Shown: positions 15,254-22,807 of the stretch, piece by piece
How positions within the stretch are numbered: the first letter of the stretch is position 1
How the letters are laid out: each line of letters begins with the position of its first letter
NCBI GenBank assembly: GCA_035387745.1
Contig: DAOOON010000001.1
Location: 1-29,413 of the forward strand
Length of the DNA: 29,413 bases
DNA from: an archaeon
GTDB taxonomy: Archaea > Iainarchaeota > Iainarchaeia > Iainarchaeales > CSSED10-239
Direction of reading: 5' to 3'
Notes under the pieces: model-generated
The model's database searches: none
The model's input: the letters and a program-made list of their open reading frames with translations, nothing else
Told to the model about the DNA's origin: nothing
Translations under genes and position numbers: made by a program

Positions 15254-15787
15254 TTAGATTACTAAGAGATATAGCCAAAATCCCACAAGTATTAGCCTTA
15301 TTGCTATGACTTTATCAAATATCTTGAATAATGCTAAGATTATGATTAATAAAAGAAAGAAAGGCGAAAAAACAATCTTTAATAGCAACCACCAGATACT
15401 CTGCTTCTTTGTATATGTCCTTTTGATAGCATCAAAAGAATTGTCTGTGTCCTGGTCGCTTGGCACACAGAAGAAAAGAGCCCCAATTCCAATCCAGATA
15501 AGCAAAAAGATATAGAATGGCTCGCTTGTAACTTTTATGATGCTTGCGCAAATTAATGAAATAAAGATATTAAAGAAAAACGGAAATAAAGAAATAATAA
15601 TTATCTTATAGTCCTTGGAGTCTTCATGCACAACATAGCCGCCAGATTTATCAATAAACTTAATTTTTTTTATCTTTACACCAAACATTAAGCAAGCAAG
15701 AGCATGTGCGCATTCGTGCAGAACAATTCCAGGAAAGAAAAGTAGATGCATTATTTCATTAAGTTCCATAAATAATAAGTATTTCAA
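15254..15787 (-). CDS. Polytopic membrane protein with HExxH motif, M50B/site-2-protease-like metallopeptidase candidate
   Basis: HECAH (nt 15704-15718) lies inside the first hydrophobic segment. GIVLHECAHALACLMFGVKIKKIKFIDKSGGYV resembles the Peptidase_M50B-like pattern HE.GHAL.A...G.......... G, recalled from memory. Four or more TM helices follow. The track start is TTG at 15787, and the first ATG is at 15769. Confidence 0.5.
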   Translation of the reverse strand: MKYLLFMELNEIMHLLFFPGIVLHECAHALACLMFGVKIKKIKFIDKSGGYVVHEDSKDYKIIIISLFPFFFNIFISLICASIIKVTSEPFYIFLLIWIGIGALFFCVPSDQDTDNSFDAIKRTYTKKQSIWWLLLKIVFSPFFLLLIIILALFKIFDKVIAIRLILVGFWLYLLVI

Positions 15788-16164
15788 TCAATATTTAAAA
15801 TATTGTTCTGTTTTGTTAATGTTATTTTTTGCGTTTCTGTGATTTCTGTTATTGTGCAGTTAATAGAAAGTGTAGTTCTAATCTCGCAGGTCTTCTGGTT
15901 GTTTTTCAAAGTTATCTTGTTATTGCTTTTCTCTATTTGCCAAGCACTAAGTGCGCCAGGCTCAATCTCAATCTTTCCTTCGGGCATGATTTCAAATAAC
16001 TCGATTTCTGCCTTTAGATCTTTACAGAAGCCTTTTAGTCTATAGTTGTCATTAGCCGTTATATTTCTATTATAAAGATTAATGATTCCAATAATGCTTG
16101 CGCCAAGAACAGAGATAATTCCTGCAATCAACAAAACATATTCTAAAGTAACAAACCCTTTCAT
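15784..16164 (-). CDS. Pilin-like protein with class III signal peptide, E at +5
   Basis: The N-terminus MKG|FVTLEYVLLIAGIISVLGASIIG is close to the classic GFTLIE-type prepilin signature. It is 126 aa and starts 2 nt after the small pilin gene ends. Confidence 0.65.
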   Translation of the reverse strand: MKGFVTLEYVLLIAGIISVLGASIIGIINLYNRNITANDNYRLKGFCKDLKAEIELFEIMPEGKIEIEPGALSAWQIEKSNNKITLKNNQKTCEIRTTLSINCTITEITETQKITLTKQNNILNID

Positions 16165-16166
16165 AT

Positions 16167-16346
16167 TTATTCAATATCTGATATCTTGTCAAATATCTTA
16201 TCTGAAGTTTTTTCAACAGTAGTGTTTGCTTTTGTTGTGGTTTTTTGTAATTGCGTGATAATGACAAGAACTATAGCAACAATTGCTGCTAAAAGTATTA
16301 TCATTTCTGCAGAGATTTGTCCTTTACAATCTTTTATTAGATTCAT
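16167..16346 (-). CDS. Short (59 aa) Epd-like type IV pilin; not in the supplied ORF track
   Basis: Hand translation of the minus strand gives MNLIKDCKG|QISAEMIILLAAIVAIVLVIITQLQKTTTKANTTVEKTSDKIFDKISDIE, with ATG at 16346 and TAA at 16167-16169. The KGQ + E(+5) + hydrophobic helix pattern is the class III signal peptide consensus of short methanogen-type pilins. Confidence 0.7.
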   Translation of the reverse strand: MNLIKDCKGQISAEMIILLAAIVAIVLVIITQLQKTTTKANTTVEKTSDKIFDKISDIE

Positions 16347-16413
16347 AGATATTTCTGTGGTTTTCTAGTTTATAAATCCAGACCCTTAAGTTTTTTGTAA
16401 ATTTGAAGAAATA

Positions 16414-16425
16414 GTTATTTAAAAC
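16414..16425 (+). promoter_or_regulatory. TATA-like box for rad50 (leaderless-type spacing)
   Basis: GTTATTTAAAAC is centred about 30 nt upstream of the ATG at 16450. No SD is present. Confidence 0.35.
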
Positions 16426-16449
16426 AGAATATACACAAATATATTAGAT

Positions 16450-18672
16450 ATGATAAAATCAATAGTTCTAGAAAACTGGAAAACGCACCAGAACACAAAA
16501 GTTTCCTTTGAGAAAGGCACAAACATAATAGTAGGCAAAATCGGGGCAGGGAAATCTAGCATAGTTGATGCAATTTGTTATTCTCTTTATGGCGTTTTTC
16601 CATCCCTTCAGAATAGAAAAATAACTTTAGCAGAAACCATAATGTTTAAGCCAGTAAAAAGAAAAGAAGCAAAGCTAAGATTAGAGTTTGAACACGATTC
16701 TAAAAACTATAGAATAGAAAGAGAGGTGTTTGCTGAGAAAGTAAATATCGCTAAGCTTTTCCTTGAAGATAAATTGATAGCTGGCCCAAAGCAAACAGAT
16801 GTTAATGAAAGAGTTTCTGAGATTTTAGGTATTGACTATGATCTTTTTGTTAAGATTGTCTATAGCGAGCAAAACGAGATTGATTATTTCCTTAAGATTG
16901 CTCCAGGTAAAAGAAAGGAGCAATTTGATACTCTTTTTGGTATCAATAATCTTGAGAAAATAAAAGTTAATTCTCGTGCTTTAAAGTCTTATCTTGACAC
17001 AGAACTTGATGCCATTCAAAGATTGATTGCACAATTAAAAAGCCAAATTTCGTCTTTTAATATTTCTGACACAGAAAAAAGCATTTTAGAAAACCAAGAA
17101 AAGATAAAACAACTTTTAGATTCTACAAGTAATCTTAAGTCCAAAGAAGAGGGCCTAAAATCTAAAGTTGAGATTTTAAAAGTGCAAAAAGCCGAGTATG
17201 ATTCTCTTAATCAAGAGATAAAAATTTTAGATTATAGAGAACAAGAGCTCTCAAAAGAGCTTAGTTTTTTAGAAACGCAAAAAACGAATTTCTTTTTATT
17301 GTCTAAAGATGTGCTTTTAGAGAAAAAACAAATTTTACAAAAGCAATTAAAAGAAATCCAAGAGCAAGAGACCAAGCTAAAATCAATTGCGTCTCAACTT
17401 TTTATTTTTGCTAATCAGCTTGAACAGATAGATAAGTCCCTCGACGTCTCTTTAGATTTATCAAAAATAAATCTAGAAAAAGGAAAGCTTTCTGAAGAAA
17501 TCAATAGCACGATTCAGAAACAAGCAATTCTTAATTCTCAAAAATCCGAGAACCTAAAAGCCATATTTGAGCTTGAAAAGGGCTTTTCTAAATGCCCGGT
17601 ATGTGATTCTCAATTATCTGATTTTCAGATTTCTGAAAAATTAAAATTAAAAAAAGATTTAAACGCAAAATTAATAAACGATGTCCTTGTGCTTGAAAAG
17701 GCGCAGTTATCTCTTAAGCAAGAATTTAGTCTGCTTCAGATAAAAGAAAGAAAAGCAAGTGAGCAGCATTTATTAATGGATAGAAAGCAAAGAATACTTG
17801 AAGAAAAGAAGAAACTTGAAGAACAAGAAAAGGCTCTTGGTAAGCCTCAAGACATTTCTGTGCTTGACAAAGAAATCGATTCAATAACTCAAGCAATAGA
17901 TTATCAAACTAAAAAAGAGCAATTGTCAGGTATTATAGAAAAACAAGATTTCTTTTCTAAAAAACTTTCAAATATAAGCTATGATGACAACAACTATCTC
18001 TCTTTACTTGCAGATCTAATAAATCAAGAAGAAAAGTTAAACAACAACGCAGTGCAGATATCTTTGATACAAGGAATAATAAAAAATCTAGAAAGCACAA
18101 AAGCACAATATGAAAAATTATCTTTACAGCTTCAAGAAAAGCAAGCAATAATAACAAAATTAGAAACAAAACAAAAAGATATGACTTTTTTTGTCGCTGC
18201 TCTTGAGAACAGCCAAGAGCATTTAAGAAGGGTGCTCGTTGATAACATCAATCAGACACTTGAAATAATATGGCCAAAAGTCTATCCTTATGGCGATTAT
18301 CTTTCTGCAAGGCTTAGAGCAGAAAACGATTATGTCTTGGAAGTCTTGACTCTTCAAAAAGAATGGATAAGAGTTGAAGGTCTGTTGTCTGGCGGTGAAA
18401 GAACCTGTGCTGCATTAAGCATAAGGGTTGCGATTGCCTTGTCTTTAACAAAAAAACTAGGTCTTTTGATTCTTGATGAGCCAACTCATAATCTTGATAG
18501 TAAGACGATCACTATGCTCTCCTCTATTCTAGATAAAGAGCTTCCAGAGCTAGTTGAGCAAATCTTTATAATAACTCATGACCAAAAGTTATTAGAAACT
18601 TCAAACTCAAGTAAATACATAATTGAAAGAGATAAAGAAAATGACGGTGTATCGTTTGTAAAAGAGGAATAA
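16450..18672 (+). CDS. rad50: DNA double-strand break repair ATPase Rad50
   Basis: MIKSIVLENWKTHQNTKVSFEKGTNIIVGKIGAGKSS carries Walker A. A long coiled coil holds the CPVC zinc hook (nt 17593-17604). The signature motif is LSGGERTCAALSIRVAI, Walker B is LLILDEPT, and the H-loop is ITHD. At 740 aa it is at the short end for Rad50. Confidence 0.9.
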   Translation: MIKSIVLENWKTHQNTKVSFEKGTNIIVGKIGAGKSSIVDAICYSLYGVFPSLQNRKITLAETIMFKPVKRKEAKLRLEFEHDSKNYRIEREVFAEKVNIAKLFLEDKLIAGPKQTDVNERVSEILGIDYDLFVKIVYSEQNEIDYFLKIAPGKRKEQFDTLFGINNLEKIKVNSRALKSYLDTELDAIQRLIAQLKSQISSFNISDTEKSILENQEKIKQLLDSTSNLKSKEEGLKSKVEILKVQKAEYDSLNQEIKILDYREQELSKELSFLETQKTNFFLLSKDVLLEKKQILQKQLKEIQEQETKLKSIASQLFIFANQLEQIDKSLDVSLDLSKINLEKGKLSEEINSTIQKQAILNSQKSENLKAIFELEKGFSKCPVCDSQLSDFQISEKLKLKKDLNAKLINDVLVLEKAQLSLKQEFSLLQIKERKASEQHLLMDRKQRILEEKKKLEEQEKALGKPQDISVLDKEIDSITQAIDYQTKKEQLSGIIEKQDFFSKKLSNISYDDNNYLSLLADLINQEEKLNNNAVQISLIQGIIKNLESTKAQYEKLSLQLQEKQAIITKLETKQKDMTFFVAALENSQEHLRRVLVDNINQTLEIIWPKVYPYGDYLSARLRAENDYVLEVLTLQKEWIRVEGLLSGGERTCAALSIRVAIALSLTKKLGLLILDEPTHNLDSKTITMLSSILDKELPELVEQIFIITHDQKLLETSNSSKYIIERDKENDGVSFVKEE

Positions 18673-18673
18673 T

Positions 18674-19348
18674 ATGCCAATAAAAAGAACAACATTTAAA
18701 TCTCAGATTGAATCAGTTCCTGGAAGAACCAAACACGAGATATTTGGTTATAAAAAACCGCGCGAGAAATTTATTGATAAAACTATTAAAATAGATAAAT
18801 ATAAAGTAAAATATGATGAAAAACACAAATATACAACTGGAGAATATACAGAAATACACACACATCTTTGTAATCCCAAATTAGCAACAGAATCAACACC
18901 AAGCCCTCATGATTTTCTTGGCTGGATTGACGACTATTTAACAACCAGTGGTAAGAAGAATAGAGCGGTGGTTTCTTCTATTCATTTTAAGAATGGAGAA
19001 GAGCTTGGGAGAGTTCATGTTCTTTTTAAAAAAGAGGCGCTAAATAATCAATTAAGAAGCCATATTTATGATTCTTATCTGGAATTTGCAAGAGGAAATG
19101 GCAGACAAATAATTCCTTTTGAAAAATTTAATGCAGATTTATTTTTTATTCCAGAAAGTGGAAAAGTAAGAAAGTATCTTAATACTATGATAGAAAAAGA
19201 TTTTGATTTTGAAAAAAGATTAAAAGTTTCAAAAACAAAGGATTTACGGGAAATATTTGTGGATATAGAGAAGAAATGGGGCATAATAATAAGGCCATTT
19301 TCTCATCCTGGTCATGCCTTTGATTATAAAAAAGGTTCATTTTATTGA
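18674..19348 (+). CDS. Hypothetical protein with JAB/MPN (JAMM)-like metal-binding motif
   Basis: E22 sits in HEIFGY, and H62-T-H64 ... S77-P-H-D80 follows (nt 18857-18913). This resembles E...HxH...S-x-x-D, but with 12 rather than 7 residues between the second His and the Ser. It starts 2 nt after the rad50 stop. No Mre11 phosphoesterase motifs are present. Confidence 0.35.
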   Translation: MPIKRTTFKSQIESVPGRTKHEIFGYKKPREKFIDKTIKIDKYKVKYDEKHKYTTGEYTEIHTHLCNPKLATESTPSPHDFLGWIDDYLTTSGKKNRAVVSSIHFKNGEELGRVHVLFKKEALNNQLRSHIYDSYLEFARGNGRQIIPFEKFNADLFFIPESGKVRKYLNTMIEKDFDFEKRLKVSKTKDLREIFVDIEKKWGIIIRPFSHPGHAFDYKKGSFY

Positions 19349-19362
19349 TTTTTCAAGTTAAT

Positions 19363-19373
19363 ACTTTAAAATA
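19363..19373 (+). promoter_or_regulatory. TATA-like box for priS (leaderless-type spacing)
   Basis: ACTTTAAAATA is centred about 27 nt upstream of the ATG at 19395. No SD is present. Confidence 0.35.
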
Positions 19374-19394
19374 CTTGTTTTACATATATTATAT

Positions 19395-20645
19395 ATGGCA
19401 AGTACTGAAATTTCTCAATTCACTGTTTCTTATCTAAGAGATCTTTTCAGAAGCTATTATGCACATAATCCAGTTACAAGCACTATTGCTCTTGAAAAAA
19501 GAGAAGTGGGTATTGGTGATTTTGGAAAAAAAATAAGTGCCAGGCATCTTGCATTTTCAAATAATACAGAATTAAATAGATTTTTAGTTGACAAAACCCC
19601 GTTTTATATTTCTTATTCTACAGCCTACTATAAATATCCAGAAAGGCGACCAATGGAAAATAAGATTCTTGAAGGCAGCGACATCGTCTATGAGTTTGAT
19701 GCTGATGATTTTAATCTTCCTTGTAAAGAAGAACATGATGTTTGGTTTTGTCCTACTTGTGAGGCCAATGGCAGAGGACACAAGGACGCTTGTCCAGAAT
19801 GCCAAGGAAAAACAGAGGTTATTGAATGGACTTGTGATAAGTGTCTGGGGCATGCAAAAGCAGAGACATTAAGACTAATAGATTTTTTAGAAACTGAATT
19901 TAAACTGGATGCTACTAGCTTTATTATAAGTTTTTCTGGTTCAAAAGGCTATCATCTAAGAATTACAGATAAAAGTATAATTTTATTATCAAAATCTTCA
20001 AGAATACAAATGATTAATTATATTTTAGGTAAAGATATAAGTCTTGAAAAACTAGGCTTTGAATACAAAGGCAAACAATGGTATTGCCCAAACCCAGATA
20101 CAAATAACGGTTGGGCAGGCAAGTTATTAGTATTTTTAAAAGATTATATATCAAATATGACAGAAGCACAATTAAGGAATGACTTTGGTTTTTCAAAAAT
20201 ACGGGCTTCTAAAATTTTAGAGCATAAAGAAGTTATTTTAAATAAGATGTATAATAATATATTATGGCACAATTTTTCAAGCGATTCAAAACAAGATGCC
20301 AAATTTTGGGAGGATTTATTAGCTTTAGCAATTTCTAAACTTAGTTTTAGAATTGATCCAACATCAAATGACATCTTCAAGATAATGAGAATGCCAGATA
20401 CTATTCATGGTGGAACAGGGCTTCTTTCCAGTAAAATTAAGGACAGAGAGGCACTAGAACATTTTGATCCTTTTGCAGACCCTGTTCTTTTCAGACCAGA
20501 CAAAGAAAGAAACGGAGAAGTGACAAGACCCATTCCAAAGTTTAGATTGCTTGAGAAAAAATTTGGGCCGTATAGTCTAGGAGAGAAAATAGAACTCCCA
20601 GAGTATGCAAGCGTTTATTTATTATTAAAAGGGGTATTAAAATGA
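19395..20645 (+). CDS. priS: DNA primase small (catalytic) subunit PriS
   Basis: It has DIVYEFDADDF (catalytic DxD), a Cys-rich zinc module (CPTCEANGRGHKDACPECQG...CDKC), SFSGSKGYHLRI and RMPDTIHGGTG. All are AEP primase hallmarks. Confidence 0.9.
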   Translation: MASTEISQFTVSYLRDLFRSYYAHNPVTSTIALEKREVGIGDFGKKISARHLAFSNNTELNRFLVDKTPFYISYSTAYYKYPERRPMENKILEGSDIVYEFDADDFNLPCKEEHDVWFCPTCEANGRGHKDACPECQGKTEVIEWTCDKCLGHAKAETLRLIDFLETEFKLDATSFIISFSGSKGYHLRITDKSIILLSKSSRIQMINYILGKDISLEKLGFEYKGKQWYCPNPDTNNGWAGKLLVFLKDYISNMTEAQLRNDFGFSKIRASKILEHKEVILNKMYNNILWHNFSSDSKQDAKFWEDLLALAISKLSFRIDPTSNDIFKIMRMPDTIHGGTGLLSSKIKDREALEHFDPFADPVLFRPDKERNGEVTRPIPKFRLLEKKFGPYSLGEKIELPEYASVYLLLKGVLK

Positions 20646-21199
20646 TGGATTACAAAGTTGATTATGATGAATTATCTAGAATTTATAGACTGGAGACAAA
20701 GTCACCAAAACTAACAAAACTTGATGCGTCATTTTATAAAGAACTTAAAAAATATCTAACTTTAGAAAAAACAAAATATCTTTCTGCTCTTGAAAGTCTA
20801 TCTCCGGCGGATTTAAAAAAATTTGAAATGTTAAAGCAAACAGTAAATAAAATTAGAGAAATGAGATTAAAGAAATGTCTTAATCTTTGTTTAACATATA
20901 GTAGAACAAACGATCTTTCAGAAGATAACTTAATTGATTTTGAAATTGATTTTGTTAAAGATATTAAAAAGCTTCTTGACAAGCAAGCAGAATACACAGA
21001 GAGTCTGTTTGGTACAAAGACAAAGAAAGAAGAAAAACGCGTGCCTTTAGTAAAGGTTACTGCCCTTTCAAGTATTCCTTCTTTTATTGGTTCAGACATG
21101 CAAGAATATGGGCCATTTGATAAAGACGCAATATGCGAGATTCCAGAAAATATTTTTTTGATTCTTTCTTCAAAAAATATTGTTCAAAAAATAGAATAA
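20642..21199 (+). CDS. GINS complex subunit, Gins51 (Gins15)-like
   Basis: The N-terminus reads YDELSRIYRLETKSPKLTKLDASFYKELKKYL. The C-terminal B-domain, VKVTALSSIPSFIGSDMQEYGPFDKDAICEIPENIFLIL, fits the archaeal GINS51 pattern (V..L.DIP.F.G.D...YGPF.KGD...LP...A..L). Its start overlaps the priS stop, a known priS-gins linkage. Confidence 0.7.
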   Translation: MMDYKVDYDELSRIYRLETKSPKLTKLDASFYKELKKYLTLEKTKYLSALESLSPADLKKFEMLKQTVNKIREMRLKKCLNLCLTYSRTNDLSEDNLIDFEIDFVKDIKKLLDKQAEYTESLFGTKTKKEEKRVPLVKVTALSSIPSFIGSDMQEYGPFDKDAICEIPENIFLILSSKNIVQKIE

Positions 21200-21216
21200 T
21201 TAAAATGTGAAAAATA

Positions 21217-21990
21217 ATGACAGAATATCCAAAAATTTCAGATACCGTGATTTGTAAAGTCACAAAGGTTACAGACTATGGAGTGTTTGTAGAACTATTA
21301 GAATATGATAATATTGAAGGGTTCATCCATGTTTCTCAAGTTTCTTCAACTTGGGTAAAGAATATACATAACCACGCTAAAACAAACCAGATAAGAGCAG
21401 CAAAAGTTCTTCACATAGACAATTACAAAAATCAAATTGATCTTTCTTTTAATAGAGTGACACCCGCAGAAGAAAAAAGAAAGATTTCAGACTATCGTTT
21501 GTTTAAAAGAGCGCAAAGCCTATTATCTGCAATTGCAAAAGAATTAAAAGTCAGTGATGAAGAGGTTTGGTCTGCTGTTGCTGAGCCAATTCTAGAGAAA
21601 GAAACAAGTCTTTATAGTGGTTTTATTCATATTCTAAAGAACGGAATAGACAGCTTTCCAGAGATTGATAAAAAATATACTATAAAATTAGTTGATATTC
21701 TTTCAAAAAGTATAACAATTAAAGACAAGAAAATAATAGGCACTCTAGAGATTTCTAATTCAACAGAGAACGGAATTGAAATTATTAAAAAAGCATTAAA
21801 GAAAATAACAGATGAGCATAAATATGTTAGCATTACTTATGTTTCTGCAGGAAGATACGAATTAAGTGTTACAGCAAAAGACTATAAGACTGCTTCAAAA
21901 CAGTTTAATGAGGTTACTAATAAACTTGAGAAGTCTTTAAAGGGCTCAAACATAAAAATAATTCCTCAAGAGAAATCCAAAGCTAATTAA
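21217..21990 (+). CDS. eif2a: Translation initiation factor aIF2 alpha subunit
   Basis: The S1 domain reads YPKISDTVICKVTKVTDYGVFVELLEYDNIEGFIHVSQVSSTWVKNI...IDLSFNRV, followed by FKRAQSLL. This closely matches aIF2-alpha. Confidence 0.9.
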   Translation: MTEYPKISDTVICKVTKVTDYGVFVELLEYDNIEGFIHVSQVSSTWVKNIHNHAKTNQIRAAKVLHIDNYKNQIDLSFNRVTPAEEKRKISDYRLFKRAQSLLSAIAKELKVSDEEVWSAVAEPILEKETSLYSGFIHILKNGIDSFPEIDKKYTIKLVDILSKSITIKDKKIIGTLEISNSTENGIEIIKKALKKITDEHKYVSITYVSAGRYELSVTAKDYKTASKQFNEVTNKLEKSLKGSNIKIIPQEKSKAN

Positions 21991-22003
21991 TGGTGTTTAA
22001 AAC

Positions 22004-22798
22004 ATGGCAACTAAAATTGATGTTCTTAAATCTCAAAAACTAAGAAACCCAGTAATGCTTGTGGGGTTACCAGGTATTGGTCTTGTTGGCAAGATTGCAA
22101 TTGATTATTTAATCTCAGAATTAAAACCAAAAGCAACTCTTTATGCAACAATTATTTCTGATACTTTTCCTCCCGCAGTTCATGCAAAAGCATCATTATT
22201 AGAAATGATTTCTGATAATATTTATCTTTACAAAGGAAAGTCAAGGGATTTTCTTTTTGTAGCAGGGCCAGTTCAGCCAAACCTAACAAGTATCTCTAAT
22301 AGCCAAGAGCATTATGAGTTTTCAGAAAGTCTTGCTGAGTTTGCAAAAAAGCAAGGGGTTAAAGAGATCTATACTTTTGCTGGCCTAAATATCGGCGAGA
22401 AAAGACTAAACCAAAAACCAAGAGTTCTAGCAGTATCCAGCGATAAAGACACTAAAGAAAGACTAAAAAAGAAAAAGACAGATAATATTATTTTTGATGA
22501 TACTCAAGGCGACACTTTGATTTCTGGTGTTGCTGGGCTTCTTGTGGGCGTTGCTTATTATAATCACAAGATTTCTGGTTGCTGTTTTATGGGAGAAACT
22601 GATCAAAAACTAATTTTTGGTGATCAAGGTTCTGCAAGGAGCGTTGTTGGAGTTATTTGCGCTCTCTTTGATTTTAAAGTAGATATGAAAAGAATAGATA
22701 TTCAAGCAAAAAAGATCGAAGAATCATTTACAGAGATTCAAAACAAGATAAAAGAATTACAAAAGAAAAAAGAAGAACCAGTAAGTTATATTAGGTGA
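22004..22798 (+). CDS. PAC2-family proteasome assembly chaperone-like protein
   Basis: NPVMLVGLPGIGLVGKIAIDYLI matches the conserved PAC2/COG1938 N-terminal motif (L.eG.PG.G.VG..a..yLi). It is 264 aa. Confidence 0.7.
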   Translation: MATKIDVLKSQKLRNPVMLVGLPGIGLVGKIAIDYLISELKPKATLYATIISDTFPPAVHAKASLLEMISDNIYLYKGKSRDFLFVAGPVQPNLTSISNSQEHYEFSESLAEFAKKQGVKEIYTFAGLNIGEKRLNQKPRVLAVSSDKDTKERLKKKKTDNIIFDDTQGDTLISGVAGLLVGVAYYNHKISGCCFMGETDQKLIFGDQGSARSVVGVICALFDFKVDMKRIDIQAKKIEESFTEIQNKIKELQKKKEEPVSYIR

Positions 22799-22807
22799 TT
22801 TTTTTAA

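Noticed and set aside
16079-16368. Track ORFs 16079-16267 (-) and 16186-16368 (+) in the spacer region upstream of the 126-aa pilin-like gene.
   Set aside because: A different minus-strand frame (16167-16346) encodes a textbook class III signal peptide pilin and fits the operon spacing. The two listed ORFs have no recognisable features.
18674-19348. Possibility that the ORF after rad50 is a divergent Mre11.
   Set aside because: It has none of the calcineurin-like phosphoesterase motifs (D-x-H, GD-x-x-D/H, GNH[DE], a later H ... GH). It is also downstream rather than upstream of rad50, and only 224 aa.
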